Shown: piece after piece, positions 8,231 through 19,581 of the stretch
Layout: each line of letters opens with the position of its first letter
Numbering within the stretch: the first letter of the stretch is position 1
Source of the DNA: an uncultured Acidimicrobiales bacterium
GTDB lineage: Bacteria; Actinomycetota; Acidimicrobiia; Acidimicrobiales; CADCSY01
Direction of reading: 5' to 3'
Assembly (NCBI GenBank): GCA_902805555.1
Contig: CADCSY010000005.1
Span: forward strand, 13,555 to 77,554
DNA length: 64,000 nt
The notes under the pieces: model-generated
The model's input: only the letters and a program-made list of their open reading frames with translations
Told to the model about the DNA's origin: nothing
Database searches by the model: none
Position numbers and translations under genes: made by a program

Positions 8231-9697
8231 TCAGGTGCGGATCGGCACCTGCGCGGTCGAGGCCTCGTCCCCGTCCGCCACCGGCGCCTCGTCGGCGCCG
8301 GGTGCGGCCTCGCCTGCTGCTCCGTCGCCCTCGTCGCGGGGCGAGCGGCGGACGAACGTGGCCGACACGATGCCGAGCATCGAGACGGCCCCGCCGAGCA
8401 GGTAGGCGTGGTGGAACGAGCTCACGAGGCCGGCGGAGTCCCGCATGGAGACCTGCAGCGTCTGCATCAGCTGGATGCCGGCCACCACGCCCACCTGGGT
8501 GATGAGCTGCTGGGTGGCGCCCGCCACGCCGAGGTCGTCCTCGTCGACGGCGTTCGCCACCGTCGCCGCCATGGACGGCGCGGACGCGCCGAGGCCGATG
8601 CCCGAGAGGGCGAGCGACAGCACCACCCAGTGGTCCCCTGCGCCCGGCGTGACCTGCGCGAGCCCGACCATCGAGACGGTCACGGCGGCGGCGCCGAAGA
8701 TGCCGGCCGTGCGCTCCCCGACCCGCAGGGCCACGTAGCCACCGAGCGGCGCGGCCACCGAGAACGCGAAGGGCCGGGCGATCGAGAGCAGGCCGATCCG
8801 GGTGGCGCCGTAGCCGAACGCCGACGCCAGGAACAGCGGCGTGATGATGAAGCCGCCCATGTAGGCGAAGTTCGAGAAGAACTGCGTCGCCACCGGGGCC
8901 GAGAAGTTGCGGCGCCGCAGGTAGTCGGTGCGCAGCAGCGGTGACTCGACCTTCCCCTCCCAGCGGAGGAAGGCGACCAGCGCCACCGGGGCGTAGACGA
9001 AGCCGCCGATCACGAGGGGGCTGCTCCAGCCGAGCACCGGTCCCCGGTTGAGCGCCAGCAGCAGGGCGGTCACCCCCGAGGAGAGCAGGACCGCGCCGAC
9101 GGCGTCGAAGCGGGTGCGGTCGGCACGACGCTCGGTCTCGGGCAGGAGCAGCAGGGCGACGACTGCGCTGAAGAGCGCGAGCGGCGCCTGGATCACGAAG
9201 ATCCACCGCCAGCTGAGCGCCTCCACCACGGGCCCGCCGGCCACGACCCCGAGGACCGGGCCGCCCGCCATCACCATCGACCAGTAGCCCATGGCCTTCA
9301 CCCGGCCCTCGGGCGGGAAGACGCTGTAGATGAGGGCCATGGCCGCCGGCCCACAGGCCGCCCCGGACGCAGCGGCGAGGACGCGGAAGGCGATCAGCGA
9401 CGTGGCGTCCCAGGCCATCGCGATCCCGACGGCGAAGAGGGCCGAGCCGGCGAGTCCCATGAGGAAGACCCGCTTCTGTCCCCAGATGTCGCCCGCCTTG
9501 CCCGACGCCGGGCCGACGATGCCGAAGGCCAGCAACGGGCCGGTGATGACCCAGGTGAGGGTCGTCTCCGAGGTGCCGAGGTCGTTGGCGATCGTGGAGA
9601 GCGACACCGCCAGGATCGTGATGGTGAAGCCGACGGTGAAGAGCCCGAACAGCGCGGTGCCGAGCACGAGCCACGGGTACCGGGAGCTCGCACCCAT
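8231..9697 (-). CDS. MFS transporter (DHA2-like, 14 TMS)
   Basis: Multiple TM segments and MFS motifs (GKAGDIWGQKRVF). The start is the ATG at 9697 (MGASSRYPWLVLG). An alternative 5' extension reaches 10198 and includes the repeat region. Confidence 0.8.
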   Translation of the reverse strand: MGASSRYPWLVLGTALFGLFTVGFTITILAVSLSTIANDLGTSETTLTWVITGPLLAFGIVGPASGKAGDIWGQKRVFLMGLAGSALFAVGIAMAWDATSLIAFRVLAAASGAACGPAAMALIYSVFPPEGRVKAMGYWSMVMAGGPVLGVVAGGPVVEALSWRWIFVIQAPLALFSAVVALLLLPETERRADRTRFDAVGAVLLSSGVTALLLALNRGPVLGWSSPLVIGGFVYAPVALVAFLRWEGKVESPLLRTDYLRRRNFSAPVATQFFSNFAYMGGFIITPLFLASAFGYGATRIGLLSIARPFAFSVAAPLGGYVALRVGERTAGIFGAAAVTVSMVGLAQVTPGAGDHWVVLSLALSGIGLGASAPSMAATVANAVDEDDLGVAGATQQLITQVGVVAGIQLMQTLQVSMRDSAGLVSSFHHAYLLGGAVSMLGIVSATFVRRSPRDEGDGAAGEAAPGADEAPVADGDEASTAQVPIRT

Positions 9698-9790
9698 GCG
9701 GTCCTGCAGGCGGGCCTGGAGCAGGAGCGTCCCCTGGAGCAGGGACGACTCGCCCGAGTCGTCGCCGGCCACCTCGGGCTCGGGCTCGCC

Positions 9791-9954
9791 ATCGGGTCCG
9801 GCCGTGCCGACCGGCTGCCTGTCGGCGGGCCCCAGCTCAGGCTCCCCATTGGGTCCGGCGGTGCCGACCGGCTTGCTGTCGACGGAGCCCAGCTCGGGCT
9901 CGCCATCGGGTGCCGTGCCGACCAGCCGGCTGTCGGCGGGCTCCGGGACCCCGT
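9791..9954 (-). repeat. Three tandem ~57 bp (19-codon) repeats, upstream of or at the N-terminus of the MFS gene
   Basis: Units such as agctcgggctcgccatcgggtccggccgtgccgaccggctgcctgtcggcgggccc repeat three times. The period is a multiple of 3 and the repeats are in frame with the MFS ORF, translating as PVGTAGP(D/N)GEPELG. Confidence 0.7.
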
Positions 9955-10243
9955 CCCCGTCCCCGCCGGCGGGGGTCGGCCGGGGCTTCACGGTGCGAGG
10001 GTAACGGTGCCCCCGGCGGGGTCGCACCACCGACCTCGGGTCACTCGGTCGTCCCCGTGCTCGGCCTGTCAGCGCTCGCTGCGCCCTGGCGGACCGCTCC
10101 TGGCCGCCGTTCCCGGCGGCGTCAGGCCGTGGTGCCGGGAGGTCGTGGTGCCACGGTTCCACCGACCGATCGGCGACAGCGGCTCCGCCTCCTCGCACGT
10201 CCGGCCACCTCAGGCCGTCGCCGGCGGGTCCATCGGCGTCCGG

Positions 10244-11143
10244 TCAGTCGGCGTCCGGCCGCAGCTGCGGCATGTGGGTCGCGAGCTCGTCCACCGTCCA
10301 CCGGCCCTCGCGCTCGATGGTGGCTCCGAGCCGCCACGGCTCGAAGAGGCGCACGGTGCCGCCCTGCACGAAGAACGTCGAGCCCGTCTCGGGGGCCGAC
10401 GCCGAGGCGAGGTAGGCCACGAGCGGCGCGACGTTTGCTGCGTCCCACAGGTCGAAGGCGTTCGGCTCGGGTGGCGGCTGCACGAGGTCGCCGAGCCCCG
10501 GTGTGGCCTCGGTGAGGCGGGTCCTGGCAGCGGGGGCGATGGCGTTGACCCGGACCCCGTAGGCCCGCAGCTCCTGGGCTGCGATGACGGTGAAGGCGGC
10601 GATGCCCGCCTTGGCGGCGCCGTAGTTCGTCTGGCCGGGGTTGCCGACCAGCCCCGACGTCGACGACGTGTTGATCACCGACCGGTCGACCGTGCGCCCG
10701 GCCCGGTGCTGCTCGCGCCACCACTGGCCGGCGAAGTGGGTGGGGACGAAGTGGCCCTTCAGGTGGACCCGGATGACGTCGTCCCACTCCGCCTCGGTCA
10801 TGTTGCTGAGCGACCGGTCGCGCAGGATCCCTGCGTTGTTCACCAGGACGTGGAGGTCGCCGAAGGCCTCGACGGCAGCCTCGATCATGCGGCGGCCGCC
10901 GTCCCAGTCGGCCACGTCCTCGTCGTTGGCGACCGCCCGGCCGCCGGCGGCGGTGATCTCGGCCACCACCTGCTCCGCGGCGGTGCCGCCGTCGCCGGTG
11001 CCGGTGCCCCCGTCGTCCGGCGCCCCACCCCGGTCGTTCACGACGACCGCCGCGCCCTCGGAGGCGAACAGGAGCGCGTGCTCGCGGCCGATGCCCCTCC
11101 CGGCCCCGGTGATGACGGCGACCCGCCCGTCGAGCGCTCCCAT
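10244..11143 (-). CDS. SDR family oxidoreductase
   Basis: TGAGRGIG Rossmann motif, NNAG, and the catalytic S...YxxxK (SSTSG...YGAAKAG). The ATG at 11143 has GGAGG 7 nt upstream. The ORF-track GTG at 11155 is the alternative. Confidence 0.85.
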   Translation of the reverse strand: MGALDGRVAVITGAGRGIGREHALLFASEGAAVVVNDRGGAPDDGGTGTGDGGTAAEQVVAEITAAGGRAVANDEDVADWDGGRRMIEAAVEAFGDLHVLVNNAGILRDRSLSNMTEAEWDDVIRVHLKGHFVPTHFAGQWWREQHRAGRTVDRSVINTSSTSGLVGNPGQTNYGAAKAGIAAFTVIAAQELRAYGVRVNAIAPAARTRLTEATPGLGDLVQPPPEPNAFDLWDAANVAPLVAYLASASAPETGSTFFVQGGTVRLFEPWRLGATIEREGRWTVDELATHMPQLRPDAD

Positions 11144-11238
11144 GTGTGCCTCCACCGTGCTCGCGATCGAGGCAACCTAACAGCGGGCAGAGACGGGTCC
11201 CGGGGCCGAGCGGGAGCGGATGGGCGGTCGCGGACCCC

Positions 11239-13527
11239 TCACCTGCGGAGGAACAGGTCGACGACGGTCCCCCGCTCGACCGAGGCGCCCGCCTCGGGGT
11301 CGGTGGCGTTGACGTCGCCCCCGGCGGGACCGCTGACGTCACCCTCGACCAACCCGTTCGCACGGAGGCCGGCGATCGCGCCGTCGATCGAGCTCCCGGC
11401 GACGTCGGGCACGACCACGAGGTCGCGCCCCTTGGAGACGACCACCTCCACCGTGCCGCCTCGCGCCAGGGTGGCGCCGTCCTCGGGCGAGGAGCTGATG
11501 ACGAGCCCCTCCGCCACCGACGAGAAGTCCTCCGACACCTGGACGAGGAGGCCGAGCTCCTCGAGGGCGGCACGTGCGGCGTCGAGGGCGGCGCCCTCGA
11601 GCGGGGGGACCGTCCGGGGGGCGGGACCCGACGACAGGACGAGGTCGACCTCGCTCCCCTTCGGCGCTTCGGCTGGGCGGTCCTGGCCCGCCACGGACCA
11701 GGTGATGACGCGACCCGCCTCGACGTCCTCGACGTGCTGCTCCTGGACGTCGCCGAGGGTGAGCTCGCCCCGGTCGAGATCGGTCCTGACCTCCTGCTCG
11801 GTGCGGTTGAACAGGTCGGGCACCGGCCGGGGCGGCGGCCCGAGCGACACGAGGAGCCGGACGGTGCCGCCGTCGTCGAGCTCGGTGCCCGTCTGCGGGT
11901 CCTGGTCGATGACGAAGCCGGCGAGGACGACCTCGTTGTGCTCCTCCTCGACGACCACCTCCCAGTCGAGGCCGCCCTCCACCGACCGCTCGGCGGCAGC
12001 CAGCTCCGCCTCGGCCGCGTCGCGCTCGAGGGTGGCGACCCTCGGCACCGGTGCGCTGGTCGGCTGGGCGTCGACGTAGGCGCGGTACCCGAACCAGCCT
12101 GCGGCACCGAGGGCCACCAGGACGACCGGGACGACGAGCAGCACCCGCCGCCAGGGCCGGCGCCTGGCGCCAGCGCCCACGCCACCGTCCGGCTGGGCCC
12201 GCCCGGGTCCCTCCTCGGTCGCTGCGCCGCCACGGCGCCCGGCATCCCGTCGTGCAGATCTCGCCGCCGGGACGAGGGGGACGGATCGCCCGGTGGTGTC
12301 AGGGCCCGACGTGGAGGCGTCCGCCACGGTGGCGTCGGCGCCGGGCGTGCTCGCCGCTCCCCGGTCCTCGCGCACAGCCGCGGCGTCGGTGGAGGCGCCT
12401 GTGCCGTCACCACCGGGACCAGCGCGACCGGCACCCGAGCCGGTGTCGCGGACGCCCCCCGACGCGTCCCTCCCGCCGGGGGGGTCGACGGCCGCGTCCG
12501 CGGTCCTCCGGTCGGGGTCGGCGGCCAGCTCGTCGAAGAGCGCGCCGTGCGGGCCCGACCGTGCCGTCGTCGCCGGTTCCGGGAGGCCGTCGTGGCGCAG
12601 GTCGACGACCGGCGCGCCCACCGAGCCGGGGAGCAGCGTGGGATCGACCTGGCGGGCGTCGACGGGGAGGGCCCCGGCCAGGGCCAGGGGCCCGGGGCGC
12701 TCGAGTGAGCGGGCGGCGACCACCAGCTCCTCGGCCAGCTCGTCGGCGGTGGGCCGGTCGGCGGGGCTCGGGCGACCGACCCGCTCGAGGACCGCCTGCA
12801 GCGGTCCCAGCGCATCGGGCACCGGCACGGGCACCTCGACCCGGCCGACCAGCGTGCCGAGGGCGGTGTCGGCCGTGAGCGGCACCTTCCCCGTGACCGC
12901 CTCGATGAGGACGAGGCCGAGCGAGTACACGTCGGCCTTGCCGTCGATCCTCGGACCCGACGCCTGCTCCGGCGCTGCGTACCGGGCGGTGCCGACCAGG
13001 CCGTCTCCCGGCTCGGTCCACGCCGCCTCCGAGAGGGCCCGGGCGAGGCCGAAGTCGGCGATGCGAAGCCGACCGTCGTCGCCGAAGAGGAGGTTGGCCG
13101 GCTTGATGTCGCGGTGCACGAAGCTCCGGCGGTGCGCAGCGTCGAGCGCCCGCGCCGCATCGGCGCCGACCGCGGCCGCCTGCGAGGGGGTGAGGCGGGT
13201 GCCGAGGTCGAGCATCCCCCGGAGGCTCCCGCCGCCGAGGTACTCGAGCACCAGGTACGGCTCCTCGTCCTCACCCCAGTCGTAGACCACCATGAGGTTG
13301 GGGTGGCTGAGCCCCGCGGCCGCCCGCGCCTCGGCCCGGAACCGTCGGAGGAAGGCCTCGTCGGACGCCAGCGCCGGGTGCAGGACCTTGACCGCCACCC
13401 GGCGGCGCAGCGCCACGTCCTCCGCCAGGAACACCTGGGCCGAGGACCCGGTGCCCACCGGGGCGGTGAGCCGGTACCGACCGCCGAGGACCCGTCCCAG
13501 CTGGTCGGTCATGCCGGACGTGGCCAC
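11239..13527 (-). CDS. Ser/Thr protein kinase with C-terminal PASTA repeats (PknB-like)
   Basis: Kinase motifs VAVKVL, HRDIKPANLL, DFGLAR and APE. A Pro/Gly-rich linker is followed by one TM and about three PASTA domains. Confidence 0.9.
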   Translation of the reverse strand: MATSGMTDQLGRVLGGRYRLTAPVGTGSSAQVFLAEDVALRRRVAVKVLHPALASDEAFLRRFRAEARAAAGLSHPNLMVVYDWGEDEEPYLVLEYLGGGSLRGMLDLGTRLTPSQAAAVGADAARALDAAHRRSFVHRDIKPANLLFGDDGRLRIADFGLARALSEAAWTEPGDGLVGTARYAAPEQASGPRIDGKADVYSLGLVLIEAVTGKVPLTADTALGTLVGRVEVPVPVPDALGPLQAVLERVGRPSPADRPTADELAEELVVAARSLERPGPLALAGALPVDARQVDPTLLPGSVGAPVVDLRHDGLPEPATTARSGPHGALFDELAADPDRRTADAAVDPPGGRDASGGVRDTGSGAGRAGPGGDGTGASTDAAAVREDRGAASTPGADATVADASTSGPDTTGRSVPLVPAARSARRDAGRRGGAATEEGPGRAQPDGGVGAGARRRPWRRVLLVVPVVLVALGAAGWFGYRAYVDAQPTSAPVPRVATLERDAAEAELAAAERSVEGGLDWEVVVEEEHNEVVLAGFVIDQDPQTGTELDDGGTVRLLVSLGPPPRPVPDLFNRTEQEVRTDLDRGELTLGDVQEQHVEDVEAGRVITWSVAGQDRPAEAPKGSEVDLVLSSGPAPRTVPPLEGAALDAARAALEELGLLVQVSEDFSSVAEGLVISSSPEDGATLARGGTVEVVVSKGRDLVVVPDVAGSSIDGAIAGLRANGLVEGDVSGPAGGDVNATDPEAGASVERGTVVDLFLRR

Positions 13528-13728
13528 GCCGGAACGCTACCGCCGTGCCTGCGCCGGATCGGGTACCCCGACCGCCCCCTCGGCGGGGACGGCGGCGCCC
13601 GGGACCGACGTCGAATCACGCATCCACCCCGGTCTCGGGCAGGATCGTGGGGTGCGCGACGCCTCGGTGGAGGAGCCCGACCCGTCCCCCCGCCCGGGTC
13701 CCTCGGCGCACGGCTCGGTCGACGCACC

Positions 13729-14142
13729 ATGAGCACCTGGCTCCGCCGCATCGTGCTGCTCCTCCTGGTGGGCGGAGCCTTCGGCGCCATCGTCTACGCC
13801 GGAACCCTCGGCACCGGGTCGGAGGAGATCCGCCGGACCGACGAGGCGGTCGAGCGCCTGGTGCCGGAGGACGGGAGCCCGGTGGCGGTCCGCCAGGCCG
13901 AGGTCGGCGTCGACCTCGCCCCGGGGTGGACGGGCGTCCTCACGATCAACGGCCTCGAGATCCCCGAGGACCAGCTCCGCCGGGTCGAGGCCCAGAACGA
14001 GGTCTACTTCCAGCCGGGTGCGGAGAAGGAGATCGAGGCGTTCCAGCCGGGGACGATCGTCGTGGAGGCGGAGATCTGGCGGTCGGCCAGCGAGACCCGT
14101 GCCGACGCCCGCACCGTCACCTGGCGCTTCGGCGTCGCCTGA
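13729..14142 (+). CDS. Small membrane-anchored hypothetical protein
   Basis: A 137-aa ORF with an N-terminal TM (IVLLLLVGGAFGAIVYAG). It is divergent from the kinase gene and has no recognised domain. Confidence 0.45.
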   Translation: MSTWLRRIVLLLLVGGAFGAIVYAGTLGTGSEEIRRTDEAVERLVPEDGSPVAVRQAEVGVDLAPGWTGVLTINGLEIPEDQLRRVEAQNEVYFQPGAEKEIEAFQPGTIVVEAEIWRSASETRADARTVTWRFGVA

Positions 14143-14170
14143 CCCGCGCACCGTCGCCGGCGGTACCCGG

Positions 14171-16381
<2,211 letters not shown>

Positions 16382-16434
16382 CTACCGAGGGGGTGTGACG
16401 GGCCCGGCCCGCCGTGGCCGGTCTCGGCCGACGA

Positions 16435-17490
16435 TCAGGCACCCATGGAGAGGCGGGCGGCCACGGCCTGGTCGGAGACCCGGGCCGCCAGCTCGGCGGC
16501 GAGGTCGAGCCACCGGGCCGCCTGGCTGAGGCCGTGGCCGGCGAGGCCGCACGCCGGGGTGACGAGGGCGCGCGTGCGCAGCAGGGCGGGGTCGCAGCCG
16601 AGGCGGACGAGCTCGCACCACAGCGCCGTCAACCGGCGCCACAGGCGGTCGGCGTCGGTGCCGACCGGCTGGTCGGTGGGGACGGCGCCCCAGGCGATCC
16701 AGCCGCCCCGCTCGAGGTGGGTGGCCAGCGCGCTCGCCTCGTCGAGCACCTCCTCGCCGGCCGGGAGGGCCAGCAGGGTCGGACCCGCCTGCGACACGAG
16801 CCGCCAGTCGGTGGGGCCGCAGCAGTGCACGCCGGTGACGGCCCCTGCCCCCTCGAGGGCAGCCAGGGCGCCGGAGATGAGGTCGATGGTGGCGTCGGCG
16901 GTCAGGGGCACCCCGCCGGCCGGGAGGGCGACGAGGCCGGGCTCGTCGAGCACGGCGAGGAGCGGGGCGTCCGGCAGGCGGCGGGAGACGATGTCCACCA
17001 GGTCACGGGCCTGGGCCGAGACGGCGGCACCCGCCACCGGGAACGCAGCACCGGGGTCGGCGCCGGCGGCCACCAGGGCCAGGCCGAGGGTGACGGGACC
17101 CGTGAGCTGCACCTTCACCGGCCCGGCGCGACCGGCAGCCGCCGTGAGGAACGCCAGGAGGCCACCGTGGCTGGTCCCGTCGATGGTGGTGCCGACCACC
17201 GCTGCCGGGTCGAGGCCCGCGGCGTCGACCGACAGCGTGCCGCGGGCCGACACGGTCACCCCCTCGATGCCTCGCGCCGCCTGGGCCACCATGCCCTCGA
17301 GCGGCGAGCGGCGGGGCAGCTGCGGGGCGGCGGGCAGGCGGGGGTGCTTGCCCAGCACGAAGGCCGCCGCCTCGTCGGCGTCGCGGTGGGGCAGGCTCCC
17401 CATGGAGGTGACGGTGCCGGGTCGCAGCGGCGACCGGTCGGCCCCCGGTGCCGGAGGGCCCTCGGGCACCGGCTCGCGGTCCCCGCTCAC
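16435..17490 (-). CDS. Methionine synthase II-like (CIMS/URO-D superfamily) protein
   Basis: VTGVHCCGPTDW resembles the metal-binding region of MetE C-terminal-domain homologs. The conserved part starts at the ATG at 17403. An in-frame GTG at 17490 is delivered by a repeat-element end (GGAGCGGACGACGTG) and would add 29 aa. Confidence 0.55.
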   Translation of the reverse strand: MSGDREPVPEGPPAPGADRSPLRPGTVTSMGSLPHRDADEAAAFVLGKHPRLPAAPQLPRRSPLEGMVAQAARGIEGVTVSARGTLSVDAAGLDPAAVVGTTIDGTSHGGLLAFLTAAAGRAGPVKVQLTGPVTLGLALVAAGADPGAAFPVAGAAVSAQARDLVDIVSRRLPDAPLLAVLDEPGLVALPAGGVPLTADATIDLISGALAALEGAGAVTGVHCCGPTDWRLVSQAGPTLLALPAGEEVLDEASALATHLERGGWIAWGAVPTDQPVGTDADRLWRRLTALWCELVRLGCDPALLRTRALVTPACGLAGHGLSQAARWLDLAAELAARVSDQAVAARLSMGA

Positions 17491-17545
17491 GTCGTCCGCT
17501 CCTGGCCTGCTGCGAGGCCGCCCGGGCTCCGCTCGCCCCGCCCGG
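17487..17545 (-). repeat. MIRU-like repeat, locus B (degenerate copy in a divergent intergenic region)
   Basis: cacgtcgtccgctcctggcctgctgcgaggccgcccgggctccgctcgcccc. The mini-ORF frame ends ...GERSPGGLAAGQERTT with its TGA overlapping a GTG (GTGA). Confidence 0.7.
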
Positions 17546-17577
17546 CGCTGCGGGACCACCCTCGTGCTGAAGGCATC

Positions 17578-18501
17578 ATGCCGCCAGCGTTGGTCAGGGT
17601 GCCCGGGGTGCGCAAGTCTCGACGGGTGACCGGCTCCCCCGTGCTCCCGTGGCTCGTCCGCCTGACGTGGGTCGTGCTGCCGTTCACGGTGGGACCCGTC
17701 CTGGCCGACGCCCTCGACGAGCGGTCGGTGCCGGTGCGCAGCACCGCCTCCGTCGGCCTCTGGCTGGTCTGGGCGGTCGTGCTCGTCGCCACGCTCGTCC
17801 CTCGAGACGTCGGGCTCACCGTGCTGCGGATCGCAGCGCCCGCCGCCCTGGGGGCGGCGCTCCTGGGGGTCGGGTGGGCGGAGGCCGCGCGCCCCGCCGC
17901 CGCCCTGGCCGTCTCGACGGCGTCCGTGGCCGCGGCGGTCGCCTTCCTCCCGGAGGTCGGCTGGCTCTTCGTCAACGGCTCGGCCTACGGCGACGAGCGT
18001 CGACACCTCCTCCGGGCGCCCGGCTCGCTGCTGCTCGGACCGCTGCCCCTGGCGTGGGCGGCGCTCGTCACCGGCGTGGTCGGGGGGCCGCTGCTGCTCG
18101 CGAGCGAGCGGTGGCTGGCCGGTGCGGCGGCGACCGTCGTCGGCCTGGCCGTGGCGGGGGTCGTCGCCCGGGCGCTCCACTCCCTGACGAGGCGCTGGGC
18201 GGTGCTGGTCCCCGCCGGGCTCGTGCTGAAGGACCACCTCACCATCCTCGACCCGGTCCTGTTCCGGCGCACCGAGATCGAGGTCCTCCGCGTCGCGCCT
18301 GCCGACACCGACGCCCTCGACCTCACCGCCGCCGCCCCGGGCCTCGCCCTCGAGCTGCGGCTGCTCGACAAGGTGGCGCTCGTCCGGGTGGTCCCGGGGT
18401 CGAAGGGCCAGCAGGGGCGGACGGCCCGCCTCCTCTTCACCCCGACCCGCCCGGGAGCGGTGCTGCACGACGCCCACGAGCGCCGCATCCCCGTCGGCTG
18501 A
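17578..18501 (+). CDS. Hypothetical polytopic membrane protein
   Basis: A 307-aa ORF with ATG at 17578 and about 6 hydrophobic segments. No confident family assignment. Confidence 0.5.
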   Translation: MPPALVRVPGVRKSRRVTGSPVLPWLVRLTWVVLPFTVGPVLADALDERSVPVRSTASVGLWLVWAVVLVATLVPRDVGLTVLRIAAPAALGAALLGVGWAEAARPAAALAVSTASVAAAVAFLPEVGWLFVNGSAYGDERRHLLRAPGSLLLGPLPLAWAALVTGVVGGPLLLASERWLAGAAATVVGLAVAGVVARALHSLTRRWAVLVPAGLVLKDHLTILDPVLFRRTEIEVLRVAPADTDALDLTAAAPGLALELRLLDKVALVRVVPGSKGQQGRTARLLFTPTRPGAVLHDAHERRIPVG

Positions 18502-18546
18502 CCCCGTCCTCCCGCCGGCCGGGGCCCGGTAGGCGTGGGCGGCCGG

Positions 18547-19581
18547 TCAGTGGGCGGTGCCGCCGCCGAGGACGTCGTCGCCCCGGTAGACCACCACGCT
18601 CTGGCCGGGCGCCACCCGCCGGACGGGCTCGTCGAGCTCGACCCTGACGAGCGGGTGTGACGAGGAGAGCCGTCCGGGGTGCGCCGTCCCGTGCGCCGAC
18701 ACCTGCACCTCGACGGCACCGGAGGCGGCGGGGCCGACCCACGTGGGGGAGCCGACGACGAGGTCCGTGACGAGGAGGTCCTCGGCGGCGCCGACGGTGA
18801 CGGTGCCCGAGGCGACGTCCACGTCGGTGGCGAAGGAGGGTGCGCCGCCTCCGGCCAGGCCGAGGCCGCGCCGCTGGCCGACCGTGACGAGCTGGACGGC
18901 CGGCACCGAGCCGACCACCCGGCCCCCCCGGTCGACGACCCGGCCGGGCGTCAGCGCCATCCTCGGCCCCAGGAAGGCGCCCCTGCCGCCCGTGGCCGAG
19001 ATGAAGCACACGTCCTGGCTGTCCGGCTTGTCGGCGGTGCGGAGGCCCAGCCCCCGGGCCTTGGAGCGGACCTCGTCCTTGGTCAGGTGGCCGACCGGCA
19101 GGAGCGTGCGGGACAGGGCGTCCTGGTCGAGCATGTGCAGCACGTAGCTCTGGTCCTTGGCCCGGTCGGCGCCGCGCCGCAGGTGCCAGCGCTCGGGGCC
19201 CCGCTCGACCCGCGCATGGTGCCCTGTGGCGATGGCGTCGAAGCCGAGGGCGTCGGCCCGCCGCAGGAAGCGGTCGAACTTCAGCCGCCGGTTGCACTCG
19301 ACGCACGGGTTCGGGGTCCGCCCGGCTGCGTGGGCGGCCACGTAGGGCGCGACGACGTCCGCCTCGAAGTCGTCGGCGAAGCCGAACGTGAAGTGGTCGA
19401 CGCCGAGCTGCTGCGCCACGCGCCGGGCATCGTCGACGTCGGCCACCGAGCAGCACCCCGAGTCCGAGGGGCCGCCCCACAGCTTCATCGTGGCCCCCGT
19501 GACCTCGTGGCCGTCGGCGAGGAGGAGGGCGGCGGCGACGGAGGAGTCGACCCCGCCGCTCATCGCGAGGAGCACCTTCAC
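18547..19581 (-). CDS. mnmA: tRNA-specific 2-thiouridylase
   Basis: PP-loop SGGVDSS, the CVECNRRLKFDRF cysteines, and a C-terminal beta-barrel. The GTG start overlaps the iscS TGA (GTGA). Confidence 0.9.
   Translation of the reverse strand: MKVLLAMSGGVDSSVAAALLLADGHEVTGATMKLWGGPSDSGCCSVADVDDARRVAQQLGVDHFTFGFADDFEADVVAPYVAAHAAGRTPNPCVECNRRLKFDRFLRRADALGFDAIATGHHARVERGPERWHLRRGADRAKDQSYVLHMLDQDALSRTLLPVGHLTKDEVRSKARGLGLRTADKPDSQDVCFISATGGRGAFLGPRMALTPGRVVDRGGRVVGSVPAVQLVTVGQRRGLGLAGGGAPSFATDVDVASGTVTVGAAEDLLVTDLVVGSPTWVGPAASGAVEVQVSAHGTAHPGRLSSSHPLVRVELDEPVRRVAPGQSVVVYRGDDVLGGGTAH

Noticed and set aside
10007-13274. Large ORFs 10007..12079(+), 10122..13274(-) and 11146..12708(+) overlapping the SDR and kinase genes
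   Set aside because: They are alternative frames of real genes, with low-complexity R/P/G-rich translations.
13528-13728. Possible tRNA in the 200-bp divergent region between the kinase and the small membrane protein (gtcgaatcac resembles a T-loop)
   Set aside because: There is no acceptor or anticodon stem arrangement and no GGTTCGAAT consensus. It is more likely a plain promoter region.
18502-18546. GC-rich palindromes in convergent gaps (18502-18546, 43229-43259, 51068-51118) as bidirectional terminators
   Set aside because: Short ccggcc-type palindromes are expected by chance at 72% GC, and there is no U-tract. They are plausible but not supportable from sequence alone.
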